Below the pieces are notes generated by a model. The model did no database searches, was not told the origin of the DNA, and saw nothing but the letters and a program-made list of their open reading frames with translations. From the NCBI GenBank assembly GCA_963666485.2, contig CAXXUO010000004.1, positions 96,001-160,000 of the forward strand: a stretch of DNA of 64,000 nt, given 5' to 3'. The position numbers were made by a program, and so were the translations under genes. Positions 39,962-50,794 of this stretch are shown piece after piece. Position 1 is the stretch's first letter, and each line of letters opens with the position of its first letter. The DNA comes from Syntrophorhabdaceae bacterium. GTDB lineage: Bacteria > Desulfobacterota > Syntrophorhabdia > Syntrophorhabdales > Syntrophorhabdaceae.

Positions 39962-41110
39962 ATGAAGCGTGCATTAGTTACAGGGATCACGGGGCAGGAT
40001 GGATCTTATCTCACTGAATTTCTCCTGAATAAAGGCTACGAAGTACACGGCATTATTCGGCGGGCCAGCACGTTCAACACGGGGCGGATCGACCATATCT
40101 ATTCCGACCCGCATAATCCCTCGACCAACCTGTTCCTGCATTACGGCGATCTTTCGGACTCCGGGCAGCTTATTGAGATAATCTACGACATCAAACCCCT
40201 GGAAATATATCATCTCGGCGCACAAAGCCATGTCCGCGTCAGCTTTGACACTCCCGAATATACGGGGGATATAACCGGAATGGGTGCAACAAGAATACTT
40301 GAAGCGATCCGCCGCAGCAGTATCAGGACAAAGTATTACCAGGCGTCGTCTTCCGAATTATTTGGCGCATCCCCTGCCCCGCAGTCCGAGACCACGCCGT
40401 TCTATCCCCGAAGCCCGTATGCGGCAGCCAAACTGTACGCATACTGGATGACCGTCAATTACCGCGACGGCTATGGGTTGTTCGCCTGCAACGGTATCCT
40501 TTTTAACCATGAATCTCCGAGGCGCGGTGAAACGTTCGTGACCAGAAAAATTACGCGGGCCCTGGCAAACATCGTTGCGGGAAACCAGCACAGGTTATAC
40601 CTCGGAAATCTCGACTCCAAAAGAGACTGGGGTTTTGCCCCTGAATATGTGGAGATGATGTGGTTGATGCTCCAGCAAGACAAGGCCGACGATTATGCTA
40701 TAGGGACCGGCGAAAGCCATTCCGTCCGGGAAATGCTGGAAACTGCGTTTCGCTATATCGGGATCGAACTTGAATGGAAAGGGACCGGGGTTGGGGAAAA
40801 AGCTCTGATCGCATCGGTCGACAAGGGCTTAAACCTCAAGACCGGTGATACCATCATCGAGATCGATCCGCGGTATTTCAGGCCTACGGAGGTGAACCAC
40901 CTTCAGGCGGACATATCCAAGGCCAGGAGACAATTGGGCTGGGAACCGAGGATCACATTCGCGGAACTTATAAAGACAATGGTCGATTATGACCTCCAGA
41001 TGGTCGGTGTGAAAGCGCCCGGCGAAGGCATCAAGGCTTGCCTTGAAAAAGGGTTCTGTTATACAGATCACAGTTATTCCCTGTATGAAAAGATCCGCGA
41101 AGGGTCTTGA
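39962..41110 (+). CDS. gmd: GDP-mannose 4,6-dehydratase
   Basis: [49 protein letters not shown]. Confidence 0.96.
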   Translation: MKRALVTGITGQDGSYLTEFLLNKGYEVHGIIRRASTFNTGRIDHIYSDPHNPSTNLFLHYGDLSDSGQLIEIIYDIKPLEIYHLGAQSHVRVSFDTPEYTGDITGMGATRILEAIRRSSIRTKYYQASSSELFGASPAPQSETTPFYPRSPYAAAKLYAYWMTVNYRDGYGLFACNGILFNHESPRRGETFVTRKITRALANIVAGNQHRLYLGNLDSKRDWGFAPEYVEMMWLMLQQDKADDYAIGTGESHSVREMLETAFRYIGIELEWKGTGVGEKALIASVDKGLNLKTGDTIIEIDPRYFRPTEVNHLQADISKARRQLGWEPRITFAELIKTMVDYDLQMVGVKAPGEGIKACLEKGFCYTDHSYSLYEKIREGS

Positions 41111-41125
41111 TAATACATTCTAACG

Positions 41126-42235
41126 ATGAACAGAACAGTGATGACATTCAACGACAAGCATATTACCGTGACCGGGGGCAAAGGGTTTCTTGGAAGACAC
41201 GTGATAAGCAAACTCCGCTCGCTTTCATGCACGAATGTGATGATAGCAGATCTTCCCGAATACGACCTTACAGACATTTCCCATATCAGGCGAATGTATG
41301 ACGAACAAAGGCCCGACATCGTGATCCACCTCGCAGCCAGGGTTGGCGGGATCGGGTTTAACCAGGAGAACCCCGCATCGCTCTTTTATGAGAACGCAAT
41401 GATGGGTATTCAGTTGCTGCATGAAGGCTACGCACATAAGATCGAGAAGTTTGTGGCCCTCGGCACCATCTGCGCCTATCCCAAGTTCACATCCGTCCCT
41501 TTCCACGAAGAAGACTTATGGAACGGCTATCCGGAAGAGACCAACGCACCGTATGGCCTTGCAAAAAAGATGGTACTCGTTCAGTCCCAGGCTTACCGTC
41601 AACAGTACGGGTTCAACTCAATATTCCTCCTGCCCGTCAACTTGTACGGCCCGGGAGATAATTTCAGTTTCAAGTCTTCACATGTTATTCCGGCACTTAT
41701 CAGAAAATTCCATCTCGCTCGTCTTCTTGCCGCAGGAGATGTTGCAGGCATTATCACCGATTTTATTATCAATGAGGACACCGATGCGGTGATTGACGGC
41801 TCACCGGTCACGATCGACAGGAGCTCATCGCCCGAAGAAGTCGTGAGGCTTCTTAATCATTACGGTATTTCCAACAACGATGGAGAACAGGTAGCGGTCG
41901 AGATCTGGGGTACCGGGTCTGCTACCCGAGAGTTTTTCTATGCAGAAGATGCAGCGGAGGCCGTAATTGCCGCCACGCAAAGCTACAATAAGAGCGATCC
42001 GGTAAATATCGGCGCGGGTTTCGAGATATCGATAAAGGACCTGGTGGAGCTTATAGCAGGGCTCATGAGATTTAACGGAAGAATTATTTGGGACCACACA
42101 AAACCCGACGGTCAACCCCGGCGCATGCTGGACACAACGAAGGCCCGCGAAGAATTTGATTTTACTGCCCATACATCGTTCAAGGAAGGGTTGACAAGGA
42201 CTATCGAGTGGTACTCTATGAGAAATAATGAATAA
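41126..42235 (+). CDS. fcl: GDP-L-fucose synthase family protein (long-loop variant)
   Basis: [47 protein letters not shown]. Confidence 0.9.
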   Translation: MNRTVMTFNDKHITVTGGKGFLGRHVISKLRSLSCTNVMIADLPEYDLTDISHIRRMYDEQRPDIVIHLAARVGGIGFNQENPASLFYENAMMGIQLLHEGYAHKIEKFVALGTICAYPKFTSVPFHEEDLWNGYPEETNAPYGLAKKMVLVQSQAYRQQYGFNSIFLLPVNLYGPGDNFSFKSSHVIPALIRKFHLARLLAAGDVAGIITDFIINEDTDAVIDGSPVTIDRSSSPEEVVRLLNHYGISNNDGEQVAVEIWGTGSATREFFYAEDAAEAVIAATQSYNKSDPVNIGAGFEISIKDLVELIAGLMRFNGRIIWDHTKPDGQPRRMLDTTKAREEFDFTAHTSFKEGLTRTIEWYSMRNNE

Positions 42236-42469
42236 TCAATCCTCGCTCAGGGAAATCCTGGTCTCGACGATCCTCCGTGACAGTTTCGGGCGTCCCGATA
42301 ATTGTGAGATTTTCGACGTCGACGCAGGATACGGGACGTGATGTTGAATCGATGTGTATCCCTGTGAAGGAAAAACACCGGATTGCGAATATGTCCGAAG
42401 AAATACTCGAATTTATATACGGCCGCTAAACGAAATTAAACAAAGATACAGCGGACCATCCGAAAAACG

Positions 42470-44377
42470 TCAAATTAATTTCAGTTGCAATATGGTCTTT
42501 TTTAACGCATCGCAGACTACGTTTATTTCTTCAATATTCATGTTGTTGTGAAAAGGTAGTGCGATTGTCGATTCGCCTGCGCTCTCGGATACCGGGAATG
42601 ACCCGGGCTTATGACCGAATCTCTCCCGGTAGAAATTCTGCAAATGAATGGGGGTGAAATAAGGCCTGGTAGGGATTCCGAGTTTGGCCATTGCCTCGAT
42701 AACATCGTCCCGACCGATCCCGTTTTCCAATCGAACGACATAGACAAACCAGCTCATCCGCGTCGTTGTTGGCGCAATGTCCAGTATCTTTACTTCATCT
42801 ATGGAGATCAGGACTTTCTTGTAAAGGTCGGCGACATCATTCCTCTTTTTCAGTATCTCGTCAAGCCTTTTCAGCTGCACAACTCCCACGGCGGCATTAA
42901 GTTCGGACATGCGATAATTATATCCAAGGCGTGAATGGTTTAACCACCCATCCATTATATCCCTGCCCTGATTGCGAAGACTTCTCATGAGATCTGCCCA
43001 CGCACCGTCGTTTGTGACTATTACGGCCCCTTCACCTGTCGTCATCTGTTTATTGGGATAAAATGCAAAGGTACCGGCCTTCCCGATCGTACCGACGCGG
43101 CGGCCCTTGTAATGCGCGCCAATCGCTTCACACGCGTCTTCGATAACGATCAGGCCGTGCTTTGCCGCAATGTCCATGATGGGGTCCATATCCGCCGGTT
43201 GACCAAAGATGTGAACGGGGATTATGGCTTTTGTTCTTTCCGTGATCGCAGCCTCAATTTTCGCCGGATCGATATTGAGCGTGTCGGGGTCGATATCGAC
43301 AAATACGGGGGTGCCCCTCTCGAAAAGAATGCAGTTGGCGGAAGAGATGAAGCTGAAAGGGCTTGTGATCACTTCATCTCCCGGTTCTATGTTCGATGCA
43401 ACCATGCACATGTGCAACGCGCTGGTCCCGTTAGATACGGCGATAGCATGCTTTGCGTCCGCCTGTTCCGCCATGAGCTTTTCGAATAACACGGTTTGGG
43501 AACCAATGCTCAGGTTCCTCGATTGCATGACCTTTACAACCCCTTCTATTTCCTCGCGGGTGATATCCGGCATTGACATAGGAAGCCTTAAACCAACGCT
43601 GGTTCCCAAAACCGGTTGCTCGATATCGCCCAGGATCCCCGACAAATGAGGTACGGTCCTATAAGGCAGCGAGGCTTCCCGGCATATGTTCTGGATATTC
43701 CTGATCGTCTGGTCGGCTGCGCTCGGGATTGCAATGATCACTTCGTCTATCGATAATTTTTTTGCGACATCTTTCAAGGTGATAATGGGGCCGTACACCT
43801 TCACATCCGCTATGTTCATTGTGATCTTTGCCGGGTCGTCATCAAGAAAAGCTGCGGCCTGCAACCCGAGATAAGGGTTGTTCCTCATTTCATTCAAGGC
43901 ATATGTACCGGCGGTCCCTGCCCCGATGATCAAGGCCCGGCGGCCAGGCTCAAGACCGGTCTTCTGCCAGTCGATATCTCCGGCATAATGAATGTTCTTA
44001 CTGAGAAAAAAACGTAAAGACATAAGAAGCAGAAGGCTTAAAGAGCCTTCGAGAAAAACTACGGATTTTCCGATCAGGTAGATCAAATTCAATTTCAAAA
44101 CAAAGTAATTCAAGAAAAGGAGCAGTAAAGAGCCCGCCACGATACTGATGGCGACAGTCAGGAAATCACGGGCCGTCGCATAACGCCATATGGTCTTATA
44201 GCTGCCCGACAGAAAAAGGAAGAGCGGTCTGATGATAACGGCTGCCAGAACAAAAGGCAGTATATCGATGAACTGAAACCAGGATGAAAAATATGATCCC
44301 CTGCCGAGCCTGACCGCGAAGATGACAGAAAGTGATGTCAGGAAAATGTCATATAATATCCAGTAATATAACTTCAT
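42470..44377 (-). CDS. Fusion protein: CapD/PglF-type membrane and Rossmann N-terminus plus a DegT aminotransferase
   Basis: About 4 TM segments, RALIIGAGTAG, FLDDDPAK, DEVIIAIPS; then SNGTSALH, IEDACEAIG, FAFYPNKQMTTGEG. Confidence 0.85.
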   Translation of the reverse strand: MKLYYWILYDIFLTSLSVIFAVRLGRGSYFSSWFQFIDILPFVLAAVIIRPLFLFLSGSYKTIWRYATARDFLTVAISIVAGSLLLLFLNYFVLKLNLIYLIGKSVVFLEGSLSLLLLMSLRFFLSKNIHYAGDIDWQKTGLEPGRRALIIGAGTAGTYALNEMRNNPYLGLQAAAFLDDDPAKITMNIADVKVYGPIITLKDVAKKLSIDEVIIAIPSAADQTIRNIQNICREASLPYRTVPHLSGILGDIEQPVLGTSVGLRLPMSMPDITREEIEGVVKVMQSRNLSIGSQTVLFEKLMAEQADAKHAIAVSNGTSALHMCMVASNIEPGDEVITSPFSFISSANCILFERGTPVFVDIDPDTLNIDPAKIEAAITERTKAIIPVHIFGQPADMDPIMDIAAKHGLIVIEDACEAIGAHYKGRRVGTIGKAGTFAFYPNKQMTTGEGAVIVTNDGAWADLMRSLRNQGRDIMDGWLNHSRLGYNYRMSELNAAVGVVQLKRLDEILKKRNDVADLYKKVLISIDEVKILDIAPTTTRMSWFVYVVRLENGIGRDDVIEAMAKLGIPTRPYFTPIHLQNFYRERFGHKPGSFPVSESAGESTIALPFHNNMNIEEINVVCDALKKTILQLKLI

Positions 44378-44483
44378 GTCCCGTCATCAAGATAAACCAA
44401 ATCGCTCTGAATTGCCATGTTTTTTCAGATGCGGTTACAGGCTTGAGATGGCCGTTTTCGCCGGAGCCCCGGGGCGAGGGTGA

Positions 44484-45779
44484 TTATGTTCCGCTTATTT
44501 TCAATCCTTCAACATACAGGGATGGTGAGCCGACAGGTCCGTAAAATATCAAGTCATTGCCGGATTCTTTAAAATTCTGGAAGATATCGAAAACGTTACC
44601 GGATATCATAACTCCTTGAAATGGGGTGCGCGTTCCGTTCCTGACCGCATAGCCAAGGCACCCGACGGAAAAGTCACCCGTGATTGTGTTTGCGGTATGG
44701 GTACCCATTAATTCCTCGATCACTATCCCTTCCGTGATAACAGGCACGATATCACGTGTACCCGGGAGGACATATATGCCGCGAATACCGCACTTCGGCG
44801 GGGCCTTCAGAGAACCTCTAACGCTGTTGCCTGTCGAAGTTTTTCCAAGTTTACGCCCGAAATAGGAATCATACAGGAATGATGCGAAGACGCCGTCCTG
44901 AACAACCGTACTGTCGGATGACGGGATGCCTTCGCCGTCGAAAGTAAAGCCGTCGGTCCCGGCCATACCGGAATCGATGATCGTGAGCCCGTCGGCAAAA
45001 CACCGTTCGCCTTCCTTTCCCTTGAGTCGCGTCTTGTCTTTGAAGAGGCTTTCTCCCAGAAATGATTCGGAGAGTATCCCGAGAAGGTCCGTCGCGGCCT
45101 GGGGGGTAAAAATCCCATCATAGGTCCCGGTGGGTATCTGCCGGGCATTGAGCATGCTTATGACCTTTGCGGCAATATGGGTCCCCATTTCTTTCGCGTT
45201 GATATCTTTCAAAGTATGCGCCCATCGCCAATCGTACCATGAGACCTCATCGCTGCCCTCTGCTGCGACTGTCATGGCTGAATACAGAAAAAGGCTGCTG
45301 CGTCCCGTGATGTTAAGCCCGTTGGAATTAACGAGTGAGGCAGAGACCTCGACCTCCTGAAACTCGCAGCTCCTTACGGTTTTTATGCGGGAGTCATACT
45401 TTCTGATCGTCTCTTCCATTTCCAGGAGAACGGACCGTTTTTCGTCATCATGCACGGCGAGGCCGGATGCATCGTACAGGTTTCCTTCCGGATACTCCCC
45501 GGAAGGCCCCGGAAAGAGCATGTCTTCGTCTATCTCCATAACAGGCAATATCGCCTGTGCATTTTCTGTAAGCTTTCCTGCCGGATCGCCGCGATCATAT
45601 GTGTAGCAGAAAACAGGCCGCGAGCCTTTAACGGCACGCAGGGCATACCCCTCTTCCTCTTTGTATTCGGCCGAGCAGATCTCCCCGTCCCGCGCCTCCA
45701 TCTTGTTGCCTTTTTCGCTCAGACAGAAAACTTCATACTGGTCAAACGTGCGGGAGATCTTATCGACAACGTCCTTCAT
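44484..45779 (-). CDS. pmbA: TldD/PmbA-family protein (PmbA/TldE type)
   Basis: FDGEG, TGNSVRG, MGTHTANTITGDFS, GSPSL; no HExxH seen. Confidence 0.8.
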   Translation of the reverse strand: MKDVVDKISRTFDQYEVFCLSEKGNKMEARDGEICSAEYKEEEGYALRAVKGSRPVFCYTYDRGDPAGKLTENAQAILPVMEIDEDMLFPGPSGEYPEGNLYDASGLAVHDDEKRSVLLEMEETIRKYDSRIKTVRSCEFQEVEVSASLVNSNGLNITGRSSLFLYSAMTVAAEGSDEVSWYDWRWAHTLKDINAKEMGTHIAAKVISMLNARQIPTGTYDGIFTPQAATDLLGILSESFLGESLFKDKTRLKGKEGERCFADGLTIIDSGMAGTDGFTFDGEGIPSSDSTVVQDGVFASFLYDSYFGRKLGKTSTGNSVRGSLKAPPKCGIRGIYVLPGTRDIVPVITEGIVIEELMGTHTANTITGDFSVGCLGYAVRNGTRTPFQGVMISGNVFDIFQNFKESGNDLIFYGPVGSPSLYVEGLKISGT

Positions 45780-45890
45780 ACATTACCTCAAGGTTTATTT
45801 CTGGCATTATAGTACGCAACAAGCTCGGTATCAAGGCGAAACCTTTCTGAATAACCCGTTACGCCTTCTTTACGGCGGTTGAACAAACAC

Positions 45891-45917
45891 TGGATTCCGG
45901 CCTTCGCCGGAATGACG
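45891..45917. repeat. REP-like hairpin TGGATTCCGGC-loop-GCCGGAATGACG
   Basis: Same family at 52724, 53405, 53476, 53569, 60298, 60384, 60917 and 61040. Confidence 0.85.
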
Positions 45918-45940
45918 TATTTCTATTTTAGGTTTTACCT

Positions 45941-45968
45941 GGAACGTGGAACCTGGAACCCGGAACCG
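45941..45968. repeat. 7-bp GGAAC(C/G)N tandem array (4 copies)
   Basis: ggaacgt ggaacct ggaaccc ggaaccg. Confidence 0.85.
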
Positions 45969-45979
45969 CGGCGCAGCCG

Positions 45980-46429
45980 CTATATCTCCCTTATCATCGC
46001 CGTCTCGTCGCATTCCGGGAATTTGGGGCATTTGATGCAGTCCGACCATATCTTTTGAGGAAAGACTTTTTTATCGCTGATAGAAAATCCGCACTTCTGG
46101 AAAAAGTCGACCTGATACGTCAGTAAGAACAGCTTATGAATCTCATAGGCGCGGGCCTCTTCGACACATGCCTCGACGAGGGCACGGCCCGTGCCTTTTT
46201 TCCGGGCGAATTCGGCGACGCAGAGGGAACGGACCTCGGCGAGGTTCTCCCAGCATATGTGGAGAGCTCCGGTTCCGGCTATGTTGTCTCCCTCTATGTA
46301 AACAAAATAATCTCTCAGGTTGTCATAGAGCTCGCCGAGCGACCGCGGCAGCATTTCGCCCCGGGATGCGGCTTGATTTATCAATTGGTGGATCTTTTTG
46401 ATATCTTCGACACGTGCTTTTCTGATCAT
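45980..46429 (-). CDS. GNAT N-acetyltransferase, short ArgA-like
   Basis: MLPRSLGELY, LAEVRSL, PQKIWSDCIKCPKFPECDE. Confidence 0.8.
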   Translation of the reverse strand: MIRKARVEDIKKIHQLINQAASRGEMLPRSLGELYDNLRDYFVYIEGDNIAGTGALHICWENLAEVRSLCVAEFARKKGTGRALVEACVEEARAYEIHKLFLLTYQVDFFQKCGFSISDKKVFPQKIWSDCIKCPKFPECDETAMIREI

Positions 46430-48027
46430 AATTGCAGCATCTCCCGCGCTCTTTTTATCGTTATATCGGTGATCATGGCCCCGCCCAGCATTCGGGCCAA
46501 CTCTTCAACGCGCTCTTCGGCATTAAGCTCGCGTATGGCGGTAACGGTCCGGCCGGAGACCACCTTCTTTTCGACAACAAAATGCCTGTCACCGTAGGCC
46601 GCTATCTGGGGCAGATGGGTGATACACAGGATCTGGTGTTTGACCGAGAGGTCCTTGAGCCGTTTGCCCACCATGTCGGCTATGCGCCCTCCGATCCCGG
46701 AGTCCACCTCGTCGAATATCAGCGCTTTTTCTTCCTCGCCGCCGATCACTTTCTTGATGGCGAGCATGATCCGCGACAATTCGCCGCCCGACGCGATCTT
46801 TCTCAGCGGCTTCACGGGTTCGCCCGGGTTCGTGGATATCAGGAGCTCAATGTCGTCCCGGCCATCCCTGTCGATGCGCCCTTTATCGTCGATCGATACA
46901 CGGAACTGCAGGCCGTTCATCGAAAGGAACCCCAGTTCATCGATGATCGTCTTCTCGATGCGGGACGAACCTTTTCTGCGTTTATTCGAAAGGTCAACGG
47001 ACATACCTTCCACATTATTCCGAAGGTCTGCCTGCTGCCTTTCCAGGTGGTCAATATTATCGGTAATGCCTCTCAGGTATGCAAGCCTTTCCCGGGCCGT
47101 ATTAAGAAAATCCTGTATCTCCCCGGGCGAGCCGCCATATTTGTCTTTCAGCTTAAAGATCTCAGACAGGCGCTCCTCCGCCTTGAGCATTTCTTCTTCA
47201 TCGAGGAGTATGGTTTTCTGGAAGCTGTGCATTTCGGACACGAGGTCCTCTATCTCATAGGAAATCGTGTCCAGCCGCGTCCTGAAGCTCTCTACCGCTT
47301 CGATGTTCCCGAGACCCCGCAGCAGGGCGCCGCAGTTCTTGATCATCGATTCGGCAGAACTATCGGACATCTGAAGCCCCTCGGCTATCTCTTCAAAAAC
47401 CCTGGTGATCTTCTCGGCGTTTTTCAGGACCTTGAGCCTCTCCCGCAGGTTTTCTTCCTCAACCTCGCCTATATTTTTTGACTCGATCTCATCGATCTGG
47501 AATTCAAGAAGGGCTATTTCCCTGTCCTTTCCTTCGGCCTGGCGTTTCATCGCGGCAAGGTCCGCATTTACCTTCTTTAATTCATCAACCTTTTCTCCGA
47601 GCTTTTGCCTCTCCTCGTCGAGCCCGAGGAGCGTATCGATAATAACCGGATAATTCTCCTTGTCGAGCAGGTGCTGGAATTCGTTCTGGCCGTAGACGCT
47701 GATCAATGTCGAGCCAAGATTTTCCATTTTCGCGAGGGTGACGGGTTCATCGTTCAGGAAGGCCCGCGACCTCCCCGAATTACCGATGATGCGCTTCAGG
47801 ATATATTCTTCATTGCCGCTTATAAAATGGCCGGTCACTTCAGCCTGCGCGGCATCGGTGCGCACGGCATCCGGGGCGGATTTTGCATTCATGAGGGTGG
47901 CAAGTGCGTTAATGACGATCGATTTCCCGGCACCGGTCTCGCCGGTTATCACGTTGAAGCCTTCGCCGAACTCGATCTTCAGTTCATCGATGATAGCGAA
48001 GCCCTTAACCCCGAGATACGTCAGCAT
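46426..48027 (-). CDS. recN: DNA repair protein RecN
   Basis: ITGETGAGKS, ASGGELSR, IFDEVDSG, ITHLPQIAA. Confidence 0.95.
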   Translation of the reverse strand: MLTYLGVKGFAIIDELKIEFGEGFNVITGETGAGKSIVINALATLMNAKSAPDAVRTDAAQAEVTGHFISGNEEYILKRIIGNSGRSRAFLNDEPVTLAKMENLGSTLISVYGQNEFQHLLDKENYPVIIDTLLGLDEERQKLGEKVDELKKVNADLAAMKRQAEGKDREIALLEFQIDEIESKNIGEVEEENLRERLKVLKNAEKITRVFEEIAEGLQMSDSSAESMIKNCGALLRGLGNIEAVESFRTRLDTISYEIEDLVSEMHSFQKTILLDEEEMLKAEERLSEIFKLKDKYGGSPGEIQDFLNTARERLAYLRGITDNIDHLERQQADLRNNVEGMSVDLSNKRRKGSSRIEKTIIDELGFLSMNGLQFRVSIDDKGRIDRDGRDDIELLISTNPGEPVKPLRKIASGGELSRIMLAIKKVIGGEEEKALIFDEVDSGIGGRIADMVGKRLKDLSVKHQILCITHLPQIAAYGDRHFVVEKKVVSGRTVTAIRELNAEERVEELARMLGGAMITDITIKRAREMLQL

Positions 48028-48031
48028 TCCT

Positions 48032-48880
48032 TTACCGCTCGCCCCATTTCAGCTTTGTTCGCAATATCTCAAAATATCCGCGTGCCGATTTTACGAGATG
48101 AACGCAATGGCCCGACTTCTTCACTATGACCTCGTCCGCATACTCGAGGGGGAACCCTACCTGCCCGTCGAGTGTCAGGATGACCTTTTCGTTCATGGAT
48201 TTCAGGACGGCCCTGATGACGACGGATTCGGGCAGGATTATCGGGCGGTTTGTCAGTGTGTGCGGGCAGATCGGTGTAACGATAAGATTCGTGAGGGATG
48301 GATACATGAGCGGCCCGCCTGCCGCCATGGAGTATCCCGTGGATCCCGTGGGCGTGGAGACGATGAGTCCGTCGGCCTTGTACGTGGTCAGGTACGCGTC
48401 ATTCACGTATGTTTCGATGTCGATGATGCGCGCCAGCGCATCTTTTGTAATGACGGCATCATTCAATATGGTGATGCCGAATATCGGGTCGCCCTCGCGC
48501 ATCACCTTGACATCGAGCATGATGCGTTTGGAGATGCTGAAATCATCACGCAGCACCTTGTCCAGGGTGACCGCCGTTTCCTCGATAGATGTCTCGGTCA
48601 AAAATCCGAGCCCTCCCAGGTTGACCCCCACAATGGGCACCTCCGAGCCTTTTCCGTGGCGCGACACTGACAAAAGAGTGCCATCACCGCCAAGCACCAC
48701 GATAACGTCAGCGCCCTCTCCGACATGTTCCATCTCGAATGTTTCGCCATAACCGATGCGGGATGCGGCCTCTTCCTCGATCACGATCCGGTTGCCATCT
48801 CCAAAACGGTTAATTATCTCGCCCGCTATTTCCAGTGCGTCTTTCTTTTCCCGTTTGCACACAACATGGATGGTTTTCAT
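48032..48880 (-). CDS. nadK: NAD kinase
   Basis: LGGDGTLL, LGFL, NDAV, DGLIVSTPTGSTGY. Confidence 0.95.
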   Translation of the reverse strand: MKTIHVVCKREKKDALEIAGEIINRFGDGNRIVIEEEAASRIGYGETFEMEHVGEGADVIVVLGGDGTLLSVSRHGKGSEVPIVGVNLGGLGFLTETSIEETAVTLDKVLRDDFSISKRIMLDVKVMREGDPIFGITILNDAVITKDALARIIDIETYVNDAYLTTYKADGLIVSTPTGSTGYSMAAGGPLMYPSLTNLIVTPICPHTLTNRPIILPESVVIRAVLKSMNEKVILTLDGQVGFPLEYADEVIVKKSGHCVHLVKSARGYFEILRTKLKWGER

Positions 48881-49923
48881 TGCATGTACCTTTCCTTCAG
48901 GTCTGCCGACACCCTGTTCAAAAAATCAAAAGCCCTTTCCACCGTTTCGGTCCGGTCGGGATTGGCGAGATTACATGTGGCAGGGGCAAGCAGGCTGCCA
49001 GCGGCTATTTCAGTCGAATCCAAACCCCTCTGAAGCAGGGGTCCCCACAAAGCATTCAGTCGGGCGATCACAGACCCGGTATCTTCTTTCGTAAGCTCTT
49101 CCTGGTATGTCGGTACGATCCCCCAGCTGACTATGCCGCCTTTCTTGATAAAATCATTCACCTTTCCGTAATTTACGAAGATATCGCCAAATCCCCATGC
49201 ATTCAACGAAATGATGTCCAGGCCGAGGGAGAGGAGGAAATCCCAATCGGGGTTCCCGCACAGATGGAGGCCGCGCGGACTTTCGACACCGTCATAGAAC
49301 TGCAAAAGCTCGTCCCGGGCCTTGACATGATCATAGCCGCTCATCGCACTGAAGATAAACTCCAGGCCAGGGTCATCTATCCAAACAAACGCATGTTCAT
49401 TCTTCACGACAAGCTCCCTGTATTGCGCATTGACCCTTTTCTGGATGAACGAGAACGCAATTGAACGTATGTCATCATTATAAACTATCGGTTTTCCATT
49501 CTCATCTACAATTTTCAGGGTAAGGGATACCGGGCTGATCACCTGTCCATGGACCGATTTGAACCCGGAAAGATCATGTGCAAGGAATTTCCGGTACACC
49601 TGCGAATAATTATCGGACAATGCGAACCACGCGATATCGTTCTCGTGAGCAAAAAATTCATCAAGACCGGTGTAGAAAAGCCGGGTATCAATATAGATCC
49701 GCTGCGATGCCTCATCGAGCACCATTCCTGGAAAATGCTCCAGTGCCTGCACATACATGTCCTCAAAAAAAGAGACCCGGGGGAGCTGCGGCCAGAAAGG
49801 GATATCGAGGGACAAGGCGAGGTTAAGCGCTTTATCGACATCCTCATGAGGTAGGATGCCCATGGCTGTCGTGGCAAGGCCGGCGGTAAAAGAGGCCTTT
49901 TTCTTCATATACATCTGTATCAA
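48877..49923 (-). CDS. Single-domain (core) cobalamin-independent methionine synthase-like protein
   Basis: IPFWPQLP, GLHLCGNPDW (HxC), LLAPATC zinc-ligand pattern; about half the length of MetE. Confidence 0.6.
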   Translation of the reverse strand: MIQMYMKKKASFTAGLATTAMGILPHEDVDKALNLALSLDIPFWPQLPRVSFFEDMYVQALEHFPGMVLDEASQRIYIDTRLFYTGLDEFFAHENDIAWFALSDNYSQVYRKFLAHDLSGFKSVHGQVISPVSLTLKIVDENGKPIVYNDDIRSIAFSFIQKRVNAQYRELVVKNEHAFVWIDDPGLEFIFSAMSGYDHVKARDELLQFYDGVESPRGLHLCGNPDWDFLLSLGLDIISLNAWGFGDIFVNYGKVNDFIKKGGIVSWGIVPTYQEELTKEDTGSVIARLNALWGPLLQRGLDSTEIAAGSLLAPATCNLANPDRTETVERAFDFLNRVSADLKERYMQ

Positions 49924-49953
49924 ATGAGGGTCTTGTATGTCAATGGATGGAAG

Positions 49954-50037
49954 AACGGCGTACGGCTAACGGCGGACGGGAAAAACTAAAATGCGAAAGG
50001 TAAACGGCGTAAGGCTGACGGCTGACGGCGTACGGGA
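49954..50037. repeat. Two intergenic 7-bp NACGGCN tandem arrays
   Basis: aacggcg tacggct aacggcg gacggga (from 49954) and aacggcg taaggct gacggct gacggcg tacggga (from 50003). Confidence 0.85.
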
Positions 50038-50170
50038 AAGGCGGTCTGAAATGGGGTGATTTGGGCTGCATGATTTTTAGATGGTTTGTCCAATATAATC
50101 ACATAGTTATCTGTTATACTGCTCATAAAAAGGGTTGACAAGAATATATGGATTGGGCTATGTTAACCGG

Positions 50171-50788
50171 ATGAATCGTGGAAAGCCCTTATACATTGCT
50201 CTCATAACACTGCTTTTCCTCGTGAGCATCCTGACGGCAGGGTTCTGTGCGTCGGGTGTTTTGCGCGAAGATACCCAGTCCGAAAAGACTGAAAAGGCGC
50301 TCATCATCGAGAAGACCGTATCGTATCTCAAGGAACGTAAACCGGGGATCCCCGAGGAACGCGTCAAGATCATAGCGAGCAGCGTCTACGAAGAGTCAAA
50401 GAAGTACGATCTTGACTACCGGCTTGTTCTTGCCATTATGAAGGTCGAAAGCAACTACAAGACAGAAGCGGTATCGAGAACCGGCCGTGGATTGATGCAG
50501 ATAAACCCGAGATCGGCCAAGGCCCTTGCCCGGCAGTCAGGCGTCGAGATCAAGGGTGCAAAATGTCTTCATGAACCGGAAAAAAATATCAAGCTCGGCG
50601 TCAGCTACCTCTCAAGATTGCACAACATGTTCGACAACATAGTGTCTGCACTGCACGCGTATAACGCCGGTCCCGGCAAGGTCCAGAAACCGGAGAACGA
50701 GCAGCAGGCGAAGACCACCTCATTTACTCGCAAGGTCATGAGCGAATATCAGCGGATAGCGGAAGTATTGCCGGATCCGGAAGAGTAA
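50171..50788 (+). CDS. Lytic transglycosylase (SLT domain) with N-terminal anchor
   Basis: AIMKVES, GLMQI, ALHAYNAG; likely start ATG at 50171. Confidence 0.88.
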   Translation: MNRGKPLYIALITLLFLVSILTAGFCASGVLREDTQSEKTEKALIIEKTVSYLKERKPGIPEERVKIIASSVYEESKKYDLDYRLVLAIMKVESNYKTEAVSRTGRGLMQINPRSAKALARQSGVEIKGAKCLHEPEKNIKLGVSYLSRLHNMFDNIVSALHAYNAGPGKVQKPENEQQAKTTSFTRKVMSEYQRIAEVLPDPEE

Positions 50789-50794
50789 AAAGAA

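Noticed and set aside
41715..41880. Internal insertion in Fcl as an intein or mobile sequence
   Set aside because: No intein splice residues or flanking repeats; long-loop Fcl variants are known
46432..47481. 349-aa plus-strand ORF, and 47738-48670 (310 aa)
   Set aside because: Antisense to recN and nadK; no motifs
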